A stretch of DNA of 64,000 bases from Candidatus Staskawiczbacteria bacterium (GTDB lineage: Bacteria; Patescibacteriota; Minisyncoccia; Minisyncoccales; Staskawiczbacteraceae). Positions 27,607 through 38,010 of this stretch are shown one piece after another (within the stretch, counting starts at the first letter, position 1; each line of letters starts with the position of its first letter). The notes under the pieces are model-generated. The model worked only from the letters and a program-made list of their open reading frames with translations, made no database searches and was not told the DNA's origin. The translations under genes and the position numbers were made by a program. The DNA is taken from the NCBI GenBank assembly GCA_903831095.1, contig CAIKWD010000026.1, forward strand, positions 29,290 to 93,289, given 5' to 3'.

Positions 27607-29271
27607 TTATTGGACTATGCCGCCGGCTGAATTGGCAAAATCATCAGGCAAATTTGTGTTGACCGCCGAGTCTTCCGAAGTAACAGTAGTATTGGTAAAT
27701 TGGTTTTCCCCTGAAATTTGCGCTGGTCCTATAAGCTGAGCCGTTGATCCTTTTTGAGAAACATTTGGAGTAAAAGAAACTTGAAATGAAAGTTCTACTG
27801 GGTCTCCAGTAACTCCCATACCGGCCTTTATATCTCCAACTGACCAAACAATTTCCCTGCTGGCAGAATCAAATGAAAAATCAGATGCCTCATATTGCGA
27901 AGATATTTGACCAGTTAAACTAACATTATCTGGTAATACTGCCTTTACCTTAACATTTTTTACATCACTGAAATAATTTTTAATACCCCAATTAATTGTA
28001 TACGTAGTTGCCTGACCAACCTTTGGCGGAATGATACCAGAGTTGACAATGTTCGCATCTTTGTAAAAACCTTTTTGGGAAATTATTAATCCCGAACTAA
28101 TTTTAATAGTAAATTTCTGAGTTATTTGCGAAATATTAACTGAATCTGTAATTACTGCACTGTTGGCATCAATTGCAGATGGATTCCAATCACTTCTTAC
28201 TTTTACACTGAAATCAACCTCTCCCTCCTGCTGAACATCCAAATTTCTCAGCTGTGGCGCCTGATTGTAATCCCAAACAATCATATTGTCATTTGGCTGA
28301 GCTTGTCCTCCATCTTCAGCTTGTATTGTTGACATATCTAAAGCTGGGCTGTCAATTTTAGCTACCATAAATAAGTTTTCAAATGGAGTTGAACCTATAT
28401 TCCTGAAAAAAATCTGATAGCGGAGTGTTTCCCCAGGTGAAGCCACATAAGAAGCAGAACCATTAACCTGCTGGGAAATAAACAATAATGGCTGAATAAC
28501 CTGTACATTTACGCTCGTTTGTTTTATCACTACAAAATTACCATTCTGCCACATTCCCAGTGAAGCTGAAAAAACCAAACTTTTATTAGTATCTGCAGAA
28601 ACTTTTCCAGAAATATTAATTCTTCCACCTTGAGCTTTGTTTAAGGTCTCCAATTTCCATTCAGTATTGTCTAAAGATGTCGGATCTGCTGAAACAAAAT
28701 CAAAACCAGGTGTAGGATCTATTTTTATACTTAGGTTTTCCAGTGGATAATCAACATTAGAAAAATAATTTATTGCATATTGCAAACTTTTCCCTTGTTC
28801 TACCTTAGTTGGTAAATCAAAATCCAAAGTTATAGTAGCAGAATCTATTTTAGTTATAAAAGTTGTTCGTGACTCATAAGGAGCAGTAATATTTTTAGGA
28901 ACATAAGATAAAGAAGCCTTGGCAGTTTTAAGATCTCCATCTTTACCCAAAAGACGCACCTTAAATTTTACTGATTCCTGATTACCAGGGTATATGTCAC
29001 TCAAATTTTTAACAAAAAGAGTTTTACCATCTTCAGTCAAAGAATTATCTGGTAATTCAAAAATCAATTTCGCTTTTTCCAAAACAAAATTTCCATTATT
29101 CTTGTATTGCACATTGTATTCTATCTCATCTCCAACCTTGGCATTGTCTGGCCCTAAAATTTCCAGTTTCAAAATTTCTTTGGAAAACACTCCTCCCCTA
29201 TAATAAAAAAACAAAGCAAAGCCTAGTACAACAACTATTAATAAAATAAAATATATTATTTTTTTGTTCAT
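27607..29271 (-). CDS. Large secreted/cell-surface protein (DUF11-like repeat domains)
   Basis: 554 aa with an N-terminal TM/signal anchor, followed by beta-rich T/S/N-rich repeat-like domains. Confidence 0.45.
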   Translation of the reverse strand: MNKKIIYFILLIVVVLGFALFFYYRGGVFSKEILKLEILGPDNAKVGDEIEYNVQYKNNGNFVLEKAKLIFELPDNSLTEDGKTLFVKNLSDIYPGNQESVKFKVRLLGKDGDLKTAKASLSYVPKNITAPYESRTTFITKIDSATITLDFDLPTKVEQGKSLQYAINYFSNVDYPLENLSIKIDPTPGFDFVSADPTSLDNTEWKLETLNKAQGGRINISGKVSADTNKSLVFSASLGMWQNGNFVVIKQTSVNVQVIQPLLFISQQVNGSASYVASPGETLRYQIFFRNIGSTPFENLFMVAKIDSPALDMSTIQAEDGGQAQPNDNMIVWDYNQAPQLRNLDVQQEGEVDFSVKVRSDWNPSAIDANSAVITDSVNISQITQKFTIKISSGLIISQKGFYKDANIVNSGIIPPKVGQATTYTINWGIKNYFSDVKNVKVKAVLPDNVSLTGQISSQYEASDFSFDSASREIVWSVGDIKAGMGVTGDPVELSFQVSFTPNVSQKGSTAQLIGPAQISGENQFTNTTVTSEDSAVNTNLPDDFANSAGGIVQ

Positions 29272-29303
29272 AATTTTTAAAATTAAAACATTACTTAATT
29301 ATA

Positions 29304-30062
29304 TCACTCTGCTTTACGCATTAAAATATTTTTTGAAGAATTGTCTGATAGTGTATAAAAATAGTAACTATCTGATATTTTCTTAAACAACTTCTGACTT
29401 GGTCCACTTATTTTTATTTTACAAAATAACGGCCATTCTTTCTTAAAAATCAAGCGCAATAATTTTACAGCATCAGAATTTATTATTAAAACTTTTAAAT
29501 CATCACTCAAGCATTTTTTACACACTGCGCCTCCTGATTTATTGGAAAAATAAATACTTTCTGGATTTAATTTATTGTTACACACGCTACATTTTTCCAC
29601 TTCTGGACGATACCCTAATAGCGAAATAATATTCCATAAAAAATAATACTCTAATCGCGCACATTGTCTATCTGTTAAATTTTCTTTATCTAACCTATCA
29701 AAAGTTTCCTTTAGCAATTTAAATATGTCTTTATCTCTTTCTTCGCCAATTATAAAACTACTTAAAATTTCTCCAATATTATGACCAATTTTAAATTTTA
29801 AGGGATTTTTTCCAATATTTTTTAACTTTTCAATAATAACAGCATCTGTAAGTGTTTTCCGCCTTTTGCCTTGAATAAACTCAATTTCAGAAAAATAAAA
29901 AGTATCTATTCCACTCCTTAATTTGGAAACACCTTTCCTTATTGCCTTGGCAAAAATATCCAGGCGCCCAAATTCATCTGTAAAAACTGAAAAAATCCTG
30001 TCAAATTCATTTACATCGTTTTTCCCAAAAATAAAAGCTTGAGTCTTATATCTAGTTGTCAT
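29304..30062 (-). CDS. recO: DNA repair protein RecO
   Basis: 252 aa with an OB-fold N-terminus and a C4 zinc motif (CSVCNNK...CKKC). Confidence 0.75.
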   Translation of the reverse strand: MTTRYKTQAFIFGKNDVNEFDRIFSVFTDEFGRLDIFAKAIRKGVSKLRSGIDTFYFSEIEFIQGKRRKTLTDAVIIEKLKNIGKNPLKFKIGHNIGEILSSFIIGEERDKDIFKLLKETFDRLDKENLTDRQCARLEYYFLWNIISLLGYRPEVEKCSVCNNKLNPESIYFSNKSGGAVCKKCLSDDLKVLIINSDAVKLLRLIFKKEWPLFCKIKISGPSQKLFKKISDSYYFYTLSDNSSKNILMRKAE

Positions 30063-30847
30063 TTCATTTTACCAATTTTGTTCAAAAAAATCTTCTCTTT
30101 TCTTAATTTTTCATGTTTAACTTGATCAGTGGTATTAAGTATTTTTTTATTTAAATCTTTAATAGCCAGCTTCACATCACCCCTAGAAATATTTCTCCCA
30201 TAATAAGATTTAGAAAATACCTCTTTTGCTAGTTCCTCTCTCTGTGTAGGGCTTAAAAAAAGACCAGATTGTCTTGCCGCTTGCCAAATTTTAGGATCTT
30301 TTCGAAATTCATGTGCTAATTCTTTTTTAGAAATTTCCCCATCATTGCCAAAAAGACCCTCATTTTTATCACCCTGATGGTTAATTTCTTTCTTATCTTT
30401 TATTGTCGACGATTTGAAAATATCAGCAATAGAACCAGCAGCTTTTTGACCTTCCTGTACTGTTTTCTTAGCAGCCTCTATATCTTCTTTTTCATAAACC
30501 AAAGATTGATTATGTATTTTTGCACTTGTAGGTATTTTTATTTCTTTATGATTATCAATTTCTATACCAGCGAATCTTGAAGGCATTTTTGATTCCAACG
30601 TCCCCTTGCTTCCAGCGCCGTTATGCTTGAATTTTGCAAGACTATCTGCAATTCCTTTTTGTTCTTTTTCATTGAAATTCTGCTTGCGGCCTTTTTCTTT
30701 TTCATCTTTTTCTTTTTCAACTTTTGAACTGTCAACAAACCCGCCTCCACCAGAACTTTTTGGACTTTGTGCCAAAGTACTGTCTCCAGGATTACTGGAA
30801 TGATTTTCAGTTTTTTTTTCTTCCTTAAATTTATCGTAAAGAGACAT
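30059..30847 (-). CDS. Hypothetical K/E-rich protein
   Basis: 262 aa, low complexity, no motif recognised. Confidence 0.4.
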   Translation of the reverse strand: MSLYDKFKEEKKTENHSSNPGDSTLAQSPKSSGGGGFVDSSKVEKEKDEKEKGRKQNFNEKEQKGIADSLAKFKHNGAGSKGTLESKMPSRFAGIEIDNHKEIKIPTSAKIHNQSLVYEKEDIEAAKKTVQEGQKAAGSIADIFKSSTIKDKKEINHQGDKNEGLFGNDGEISKKELAHEFRKDPKIWQAARQSGLFLSPTQREELAKEVFSKSYYGRNISRGDVKLAIKDLNKKILNTTDQVKHEKLRKEKIFLNKIGKMK

Positions 30848-30861
30848 AATTGCTTTTTAAA

Positions 30862-31368
30862 TTAATATTCAGAATTCTCTGCCTTTGAAAGAGCCCAAGA
30901 AAAAAACTCCTGGTCATCTTGCAATTTTTGCAAATCTTCTTGTTGAAAATCTTTCTGCTTTTCAACCCACTCTTTAGTCACCAATTTTTCTACATCTGTT
31001 GCGTTCGCCCAAGATTTTTTATTTTCTACTGATTCTAATAAATCTATTAATTCTTGCTGATTCTTGTCTTCTTGACTATCAGAATCAAAAATCTCTTTAG
31101 AATCAAGATTATTTGCTTTCAATCTCAATTCTGCTTCCCTGTCATAACGCAACTTATATGAAAACCTATTTTGCCCAACAAATTTTTCCTTTTCCTTTTT
31201 CCCCAATAACTTCAAAGCTTCCTTATCAGCCATTTTAATTCCCTTAATTAATAAGAAAACAAAAATAAAAAAAACTGTTAAAAATATTATAAGAATCAAA
31301 GCTAAAAATATTAAGTTATCCTTATTTGTAAAATCAATATTTTTTAGTGCAGAAAAATCAAATTGCAT
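30862..31368 (-). CDS. Hypothetical membrane-anchored coiled-coil protein
   Basis: 168 aa with one N-terminal TM (LIFLALILIIFLTVFFIFVFLLI). Confidence 0.4.
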   Translation of the reverse strand: MQFDFSALKNIDFTNKDNLIFLALILIIFLTVFFIFVFLLIKGIKMADKEALKLLGKKEKEKFVGQNRFSYKLRYDREAELRLKANNLDSKEIFDSDSQEDKNQQELIDLLESVENKKSWANATDVEKLVTKEWVEKQKDFQQEDLQKLQDDQEFFSWALSKAENSEY

Positions 31369-34235
31369 TATGTTTTCTTTATTTCCAATATTAAACTTTT
31401 ACCGTTAATAACTATCTCTTTTTTAATATCACTATTTTCTAATACATCTACAATACTCTTTGATCTTATTTCTTTAGAAACAAAATCTCTATTTTTTCCA
31501 ACAATATTAACAAGTTCACTGTCTCCAATAAAACAAGCTAAAATTTCATCAGATGGTTTTAACCCCGCATCTTTTCTAGTTCCCTGTGCAAACCTGATTA
31601 TTTCCCTTACTGTCCCCTCTTCTTTCAGCTCTTCAGTAATATTCATATCTAACTCTATTTCGCTGGAAATATTGCTGTCAAAAATAATTTCTTTTACATT
31701 AACTTCATCTTTTATTAATTCTAGCAAATCTTTCTCTTTATTTATTTTTACCTTGTCACTTTTGATTTTAAGCAAAGATAAAGGTTGTTTTACTTTTATG
31801 CCTTTTAAAATCCTTTCTGCCAATACTAAGTTAACAACAGACCTAACTTCATTCATTTGAGAAATTAGAATATAATTATTTTTCTGCTTTTTATTTTTTG
31901 GCCACGCAACCAGATGCACGCTTTCTTTGTCATTACTTTCCCTCACGGCATTAAAAAGATAATCGGCAAAAAATGGCATTGAAGGAGCCATAATTACAGA
32001 AAGTAAATAAAGCACATATCTCAAAGTAGCAAGTGCATCAGTTTTGTCAGATTTTTTTTCTGATCCCTCTTCCTTAAACCTTTCCCTGCTTCGCCTCAAA
32101 TACCATACTGAAAAGTCATCAATAAAATCAATTAATGGACGAGTAGCCAAGTCCACCCTGTAATTCTCATAACCATCTGTTACAGTAGAAACCAATTCAT
32201 TCAAACGAGATAAAATCCAAACATCAAGCACATTTTTACTATTGCCTTTAGCTGGAGTTCCGTCCTGGTAAAGTTGATAAAAAGAAAGCACATTGTAAAG
32301 TCGGCTAATATTTTTCTTGGCAATTTCATCAACTCCCTGTTCGGAAAAGGAAAGGTTGTCTGCTTGAACTACTGGAGAACTCATCATATAAAACCTCATG
32401 GCATCGGCCCCATATTTTTCCATAATTTCAACTGGATCAGGATAATTTTTAAGCTTCTTAGACATTTTCTTTCCATCTTCAGCTAATATTATTCCAGTCA
32501 CAACGCAATTTTTAAATGCTTGTTTGCCAAACAAAGCCCCAACCAAAACATGCTGATAGTAGAACCATGCTCTTGTCTGATCTTGAGCTTCTCCAATAAA
32601 ATCAGCTGGCATAGGCCTTTTTGTAGCAAAAGGTACCGAGCCCGAATCAAACCAAGTATCCAACACATCTGGTACACGATAAGCTATTCCACCACAAGTA
32701 CATTTAAAAGATACTTGATCAACTATATCTTTATGTAAATCATTAACTTTTATTCCACTTGCTTTTTCAAGCTCTGTGGCTGATGCAAAAACATTTTCCT
32801 TTTTACAATTTTCACATCTCCATACAGGAATTGTATTTGCCCAAAAACGCTGTCGCGAAATAGACCAGTCGCGTGCTCCCAAAAGCCACTGACCAAACCT
32901 GCCCTCTTTTATGTGTTCTGGAGACCAATTAATTTTTTTTGCTATTTTTAACAGTGCTGGTTTTATTTTTTCTACAGCAACAAACCACGAGCCTGTAGCA
33001 TAATTTAAAAGCGCGGTATCACACCTCCAGCAATGAGGATAGCTGTGCAAATATTTTTCTGAAGCAAACAATAATCCTTTTTGTTCCAAATATTTAACAA
33101 TAGTCAAATCTGCTTCCCTTATTTCTTCTGGTTTATCTTTGGCTCTTGGCTTTAAATCAAGACCAATAAATTCTCCCATTCTCTCATTGAAAGAGCCATC
33201 CATTTTTACATGCTGAACAAATGGTAAATTTTCTTTTTTACCAAGCGCCATGTCGTCAGCTCCAAATGCTGGGGCAATGTGCACAATACCCGTGCCATCT
33301 TCTGTATTTACAAAATCTGCAGCATAAACTTTCCAACCGTTTTTATGATTTTTTAAATTTTCATCAGTAGCATAATTGCCAAACAATGGTTCATATTCCA
33401 AACCAATCAAATCCTTGCCAATAAATTCTTTTTCTATTTTGTATTCTAGTTGTCCTTCTGCATTTTTAAAAATTTCTAATAATCTGTCTTTAGCTAAAAT
33501 ATATTTTTCACCACCTTTAACAACTAAAACATATTTTATTTTTTCTCCTACAGCCAAAGCAACGTTACCTAGCAAAGTCCATGGAGTTGTTGTCCAAGCA
33601 AGTAAATAAGCATCTTTTGTTTTAAACTTTACTGTAGCTGATAAATCTTTCACATCTTTATACCCATCTGCTACTTCTCCCTGACTTAAAGTAGTTTCGC
33701 ATCTTGGGCAAATATGCATAGATCTATAATCCTCATAAATAAGCCCCTTCTTATATAACTCCTTAAACGCCCACCATTCTGACTGCATATACTCAAAATC
33801 CATCGTTTTATACGGATTTTTCATATCTGCCCACCTGCCAAATCTTGGGATAATGGTTTCCCATTCATGCATAAAAGTAAATATTCTCTCTCGACACAAG
33901 TCATTGAATTTCTTCACACCCATAGCCACAATTTCTTTTTTGCTTTTTGTACCAAGTTCCTTTTCAACAATATTTTCTATTGGAAGCCCATGGCAATCCC
34001 AACCCCACTGACGCGCTACATAAAAACCCCGCATAGTTTTATACCTTGGAATTGCATCTTTAATTGCGCTTTGAAGCAAGTGCCCATAGTGTGGAGTTCC
34101 AGTGGCAAAAGGAGGGCCATCGTAAAAAACAAAGGCTTTACCTTTTTTAGTTTGTTCTAAAGATTTCTCAAAAATCTTATTCTCATTCCAAAACTTCAGT
34201 ATTTTATTTTCTTCCTCAGAATAATTGTATGGCAT
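31368..34235 (-). CDS. ileS: Isoleucyl-tRNA synthetase
   Basis: 955 aa with HIGH (PPFATGTPHYGHLL), KMSKS (KMSKKLKN) and a CP1 editing domain. Confidence 0.9.
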   Translation of the reverse strand: MPYNYSEEENKILKFWNENKIFEKSLEQTKKGKAFVFYDGPPFATGTPHYGHLLQSAIKDAIPRYKTMRGFYVARQWGWDCHGLPIENIVEKELGTKSKKEIVAMGVKKFNDLCRERIFTFMHEWETIIPRFGRWADMKNPYKTMDFEYMQSEWWAFKELYKKGLIYEDYRSMHICPRCETTLSQGEVADGYKDVKDLSATVKFKTKDAYLLAWTTTPWTLLGNVALAVGEKIKYVLVVKGGEKYILAKDRLLEIFKNAEGQLEYKIEKEFIGKDLIGLEYEPLFGNYATDENLKNHKNGWKVYAADFVNTEDGTGIVHIAPAFGADDMALGKKENLPFVQHVKMDGSFNERMGEFIGLDLKPRAKDKPEEIREADLTIVKYLEQKGLLFASEKYLHSYPHCWRCDTALLNYATGSWFVAVEKIKPALLKIAKKINWSPEHIKEGRFGQWLLGARDWSISRQRFWANTIPVWRCENCKKENVFASATELEKASGIKVNDLHKDIVDQVSFKCTCGGIAYRVPDVLDTWFDSGSVPFATKRPMPADFIGEAQDQTRAWFYYQHVLVGALFGKQAFKNCVVTGIILAEDGKKMSKKLKNYPDPVEIMEKYGADAMRFYMMSSPVVQADNLSFSEQGVDEIAKKNISRLYNVLSFYQLYQDGTPAKGNSKNVLDVWILSRLNELVSTVTDGYENYRVDLATRPLIDFIDDFSVWYLRRSRERFKEEGSEKKSDKTDALATLRYVLYLLSVIMAPSMPFFADYLFNAVRESNDKESVHLVAWPKNKKQKNNYILISQMNEVRSVVNLVLAERILKGIKVKQPLSLLKIKSDKVKINKEKDLLELIKDEVNVKEIIFDSNISSEIELDMNITEELKEEGTVREIIRFAQGTRKDAGLKPSDEILACFIGDSELVNIVGKNRDFVSKEIRSKSIVDVLENSDIKKEIVINGKSLILEIKKT

Positions 34236-34253
34236 ATAAGGACCAATTTTATT

Positions 34254-34817
34254 TTAATTTAATTTTCTTAATTCAGCTGTACTTATTTTTTCTCTTTTTA
34301 AGAAAAAATCTTTATTAGGTATCTTTTTTACTGCACAATCTAAAAGAAGAAGTGGAAGCTCATGACTGACAAATAATATATTTTTTCCTTTGTATTTTGA
34401 ATCAACTTTCTTTAAAAAATCAACCATTCTTTTTTTAATTTCAATGTAAGTCTCACCATTTTTCGGCAACAATTTGAACCTTCGCAAACCTTTTTCGCCT
34501 AAAAACTCCTGAAGTTTCTCAAATGGTTGTCCATTATAAATCCCGCAATCAACTTCCTTTAACTCCAAAGTAAATTTTGGTTTGACTTTTAGTGCTCTAC
34601 CAACAATCTCAGAAGTCTGCTTTGTTCTCAAGAGTGGAGAAGCAAAAATCATATCAATATCTTTTTCCTTTAATTTTTCAGCTGATTCTTTTACTGCCGT
34701 TCTGCCAATTTTTGTCAGTGGACTGTAAATTTTTTCTGGCCAACAATCACATATTTCTTTCACATTTGAAATAGACTGCCCATGCCGCATTATATAGTAG
34801 GTGTTATTTAGCTTCAT
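34254..34817 (-). CDS. Histidine phosphatase family protein (phosphoglycerate mutase-like)
   Basis: RHG motif (YIMRHGQSISN). The start is placed at the internal Met MKLNNTYY to avoid overlapping argS; the ORF track extends it to 34865. Confidence 0.65.
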   Translation of the reverse strand: MKLNNTYYIMRHGQSISNVKEICDCWPEKIYSPLTKIGRTAVKESAEKLKEKDIDMIFASPLLRTKQTSEIVGRALKVKPKFTLELKEVDCGIYNGQPFEKLQEFLGEKGLRRFKLLPKNGETYIEIKKRMVDFLKKVDSKYKGKNILFVSHELPLLLLDCAVKKIPNKDFFLKREKISTAELRKLN

Positions 34818-34821
34818 ATGT

Positions 34822-36504
34822 TTACATCCTCTCAAGCGACTTAATTCCAAGCAACCACATTCCATTTTTCATAATGACAGAAAACGCATTTACCAAAGCA
34901 ACCTTATATGGAGAAAATTCGTCATTCTTATCTACTATTTTATTTTTAGCGTAATAACCATTAAACAATCCTGCAAGCTCAGTCAAATACAAAGCCAGAT
35001 AATGCGGTTCATATTCTGTTTGTGCTTTCAAAACTACTTCTGGAAAATGATACATTTTTTTCTCCAATTCAGAAACTTCATTGGAAACTTTTTTAAACGA
35101 AAGCTTTATTTTTTCTATTTTGGCTTTTCTCAAAACAGATTGTGCCCTTGTATATGAATACTGCAAATATGGCCCTGAATCTCCTTCAAATGAAATTGAC
35201 TTGTCAAAATCATAAATAATATCAGATCCGGCTGATTGTTTTAGAATAGAATACCTTATGGCTCCAACTGCAACATTTTCTGTTATTTCTGCCTTTTCTT
35301 TTTCAGATAACTCCCTATCTTTAATTTTTTCTTTTACCAATTCCTCAACTTTTTCTATTAAAGATTCTCCTGTTATAACCTTCCCTGTTCTAGAAGACAT
35401 TTTTCCTTCTGGCAAGCGTAACATTCCATGCCCAATATGCTTTGTTTTCTCTGCTAATTTTGGAGCCATTTTATCCAAAGCACAAAGCATAACCTTGAAA
35501 TAGTCATTCTGCTCGCTAGCAGTAATAACCACTGATTGGTCATACTTATATTTTTTATCCTTAAACTCCGCCAACCCTAAATCTTTTGCCTCATAAGTTG
35601 GCAAACCTTCTGAATTTATAAAAACCCTAGTATGGAGGCCATATTTTTCTCCTTTGAAAATTATTGCCCCATTGTCTCCCTTTTCAAATACCCCATTTTT
35701 CAATCCTTTCTCAACAATTTCTTTTCCAATTTTTATAACTTGGCTTTCTGAAATTAATTCATCAAACTTTGTATCTAACTTTTTATATATTTTATCAAAA
35801 TGTTCAAGGCTTATTTTCTTTCCAATAAAATACAGCTTGTTTATTTGCTCATCGCTTTTTGCAAATATATTTTTATTAATTTCTATAATTTCTTTTTTAG
35901 ATTCTTCGTTATTTTCATAATCAGAAGATCCAGTTGCATATGCGCTTCCCAAAGCTTTTATTTTATTTTCCAATTTTGAATTTTCCCAATCCATCTTTTG
36001 CATACCATAAACAGCTTTGGCAACATTTAGTCCTATATCAGATTGGTAGCAAACTCTTTTTACTTTAGCTCCCTGAAATTCAAATATGCGAGACAAAGAT
36101 TCTCCAATGGAATTATTCATCAAATGCCCAACATGAAACTCCTTAAAAAGATTAGGATCTGTATAATCAATGATGATTTTCTTGCCCTTTAAATTATTCC
36201 CTTTTCCAAAATTTTTGTCTATGCTTTTTATAGAATTAATAAAAATCTTGTCTGAAACAAAAAAGTTTATAAACCCAGGACCGGCAATTTCTATCTTACT
36301 GAATAAATTAGGCTTTATTTTGCCTTTTATATCCTCTGCAACTTCCCTCGGGTTCTTCCCAATTTTCTTAGCCAAAATTAAAGCCACATTGGTTGAATAG
36401 TCGCCATGTTCTTTTTCTCCAGGCACTTCAATAGAAAAATTCAAAGCTTCTTCTGTCAGCCCTTTGACTGCGTTTTCAATTATTTTTTTTATTTCACTTT
36501 TCAT
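34822..36504 (-). CDS. argS: Arginyl-tRNA synthetase
   Basis: 560 aa with an HIGH-like motif (HVGHLMN) and class I architecture. Confidence 0.9.
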   Translation of the reverse strand: MKSEIKKIIENAVKGLTEEALNFSIEVPGEKEHGDYSTNVALILAKKIGKNPREVAEDIKGKIKPNLFSKIEIAGPGFINFFVSDKIFINSIKSIDKNFGKGNNLKGKKIIIDYTDPNLFKEFHVGHLMNNSIGESLSRIFEFQGAKVKRVCYQSDIGLNVAKAVYGMQKMDWENSKLENKIKALGSAYATGSSDYENNEESKKEIIEINKNIFAKSDEQINKLYFIGKKISLEHFDKIYKKLDTKFDELISESQVIKIGKEIVEKGLKNGVFEKGDNGAIIFKGEKYGLHTRVFINSEGLPTYEAKDLGLAEFKDKKYKYDQSVVITASEQNDYFKVMLCALDKMAPKLAEKTKHIGHGMLRLPEGKMSSRTGKVITGESLIEKVEELVKEKIKDRELSEKEKAEITENVAVGAIRYSILKQSAGSDIIYDFDKSISFEGDSGPYLQYSYTRAQSVLRKAKIEKIKLSFKKVSNEVSELEKKMYHFPEVVLKAQTEYEPHYLALYLTELAGLFNGYYAKNKIVDKNDEFSPYKVALVNAFSVIMKNGMWLLGIKSLERM

Positions 36505-36506
36505 AT

Positions 36507-37211
36507 CTAATTTATTACTGTTCCTATAAAAGGCTTATTATTTAAAAAGTCTTCCAGCCTTTCCAAGTTTTTACCATTGATCATAGCCACTTTCAATTTT
36601 AAACTGGCAGCTAGTTTGGAAGCCTTAGGATCAAACGGCATTGAAAGCCCAGGTGACCACTTGTCTCCAACAATTCTCAAAAAGCTTTTCCAATCAATTT
36701 CTTTAAATGGTTTGGCATCTGGAAATTCATTGGGATTTTTGTCGTATACATAATCAACATTTGTAAGATTGATTATAGTTTTTATATTATTATTCTTTGC
36801 CATTAAAACAGCATCATAATCTGTTGACCACCCTGGCTTCCACCCTGCCCCAACAATAATATCCTTAGTAGTTTTTACTTTTACATTTGGATCTGTGACA
36901 ACTTTTGGAAAACAATTTCCAGCAAACATTTGTTTTATAACTTCGGCATTCAACCTGGTAATGTTAATTCCCATCCAATCCCTATCTTGGCTTTTTGCGC
37001 CAAACTCCAAAAGCGCCTTTTGATAGTTTCTGGCAACTTTTCCTCCCCCAACTAAAATAAAAAACCTATATTTCTGTCCCGCGGAGCGGGATCCCGTATA
37101 GCGGGACAAAGAATATTTGAAAGTCTTTAAAAAACCTATGTCTATCTCATTTGGAGCCACTAACGACCCGCCCAGAGATATTATTATTGTTTCCTTTATG
37201 TTTTTAGCCAT
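36507..37211 (-). CDS. pyrH: Amino-acid kinase family protein, UMP kinase-like (archaeal-type PyrH)
   Basis: 234 aa with SLGGS and LVGGG motifs. It contains the GC-rich palindromic element at 37075-37108. Confidence 0.6.
   Translation of the reverse strand: MAKNIKETIIISLGGSLVAPNEIDIGFLKTFKYSLSRYTGSRSAGQKYRFFILVGGGKVARNYQKALLEFGAKSQDRDWMGINITRLNAEVIKQMFAGNCFPKVVTDPNVKVKTTKDIIVGAGWKPGWSTDYDAVLMAKNNNIKTIINLTNVDYVYDKNPNEFPDAKPFKEIDWKSFLRIVGDKWSPGLSMPFDPKASKLAASLKLKVAMINGKNLERLEDFLNNKPFIGTVIN
37075..37108. repeat. GC-rich palindromic mini-element, family 1, copy B (in-frame in the pyrH-like gene)
   Basis: tgtcccgcggagcgggatcccgtatagcgggaca. It contains a perfect 7-bp inverted repeat GTCCCGC/GCGGGAC flanking the palindrome CGGGATCCCG, and encodes SRYTGSRSAGQ. 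Confidence 0.8.
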
Positions 37212-37326
37212 ATTATAGTTATTTTTATCACAAACTAAGACAAAAATAAAGCCTTTTTACAACAAGAAATAATAAAAAAGCGGATTCCCTAAAAAGAAAA
37301 ACCCGCTGTTATAAATTCTTATTAAT

Positions 37327-37812
37327 CTATTTTTTTTCACGACAGAGTCGAACACAAGGATATATTTGTCCTTTGGTAAATCTACTATTATTACTAGAAC
37401 AACTGCCTAAGCCCCCAATTTCATCATATGCGTATGTAACAACATTGCCACCTTCTTCTTTTCCGCTCCAAGGCGAAGAAGACCAATAATATTTCCAAAG
37501 TGAAAAACCACTAGGCTTCATAGTCCTTAGCGCCCGATCAAGTTCATCTTCGGTCGGCAACCTCCAACTTTTTCCACACGCAAGATTTTGGACTTCTATG
37601 CACTTCTGCAAAGATAACTCAGGAGTTTCTCCAAAATCTAAACTCCACTCCAATGGAATGTAAATCATGCCTTCTGCCCAAGTCGGCTCTTCCCGAAGAC
37701 ACTTCTTGAATGCAGCTACCCATTTTTCGGGATTTTTACCGAGAAGATGCTTGTCAATCTCTTCACGCAGTCCATGATATTCACGGAGTGCATCACTGAG
37801 CATTTTTTTCAT
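37327..37812 (-). CDS. DUF1566 (Lcl C-terminal domain)-like protein
   Basis: 161 aa. WRLPTEDEL...YWSSS...VRLCR follows the DUF1566 pattern. G+C is higher than its neighbours. Confidence 0.55.
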   Translation of the reverse strand: MKKMLSDALREYHGLREEIDKHLLGKNPEKWVAAFKKCLREEPTWAEGMIYIPLEWSLDFGETPELSLQKCIEVQNLACGKSWRLPTEDELDRALRTMKPSGFSLWKYYWSSSPWSGKEEGGNVVTYAYDEIGGLGSCSSNNSRFTKGQIYPCVRLCREKK

Positions 37813-37978
37813 GGTCAGTTTTCCTTTCTTTGTTGTTTTGCTTGAGTGCCGTGATAGCAGTCATAGCCAAAAATACTCGAGTTTCCAAGAACTTTTGGCT
37901 ACAACTGCTTACAAAAATATTATTTCTTATAAAAGTGCTGTTTTGATTAATGTGTTAATATATAACCTTTGCTATATA

Positions 37979-38007
37979 TTGTCAAGGGTAATTTTTTGTG
38001 CTAATAT
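37979..38007 (+). promoter_or_regulatory. Sigma70-like promoter TTGTCA-17nt-TAATAT upstream of smpB
   Basis: A -35 TTGTCA (37979-37984) and -10 TAATAT (38002-38007), with TGc immediately 5' of the -10. Confidence 0.5.
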
Positions 38008-38010
38008 GAT

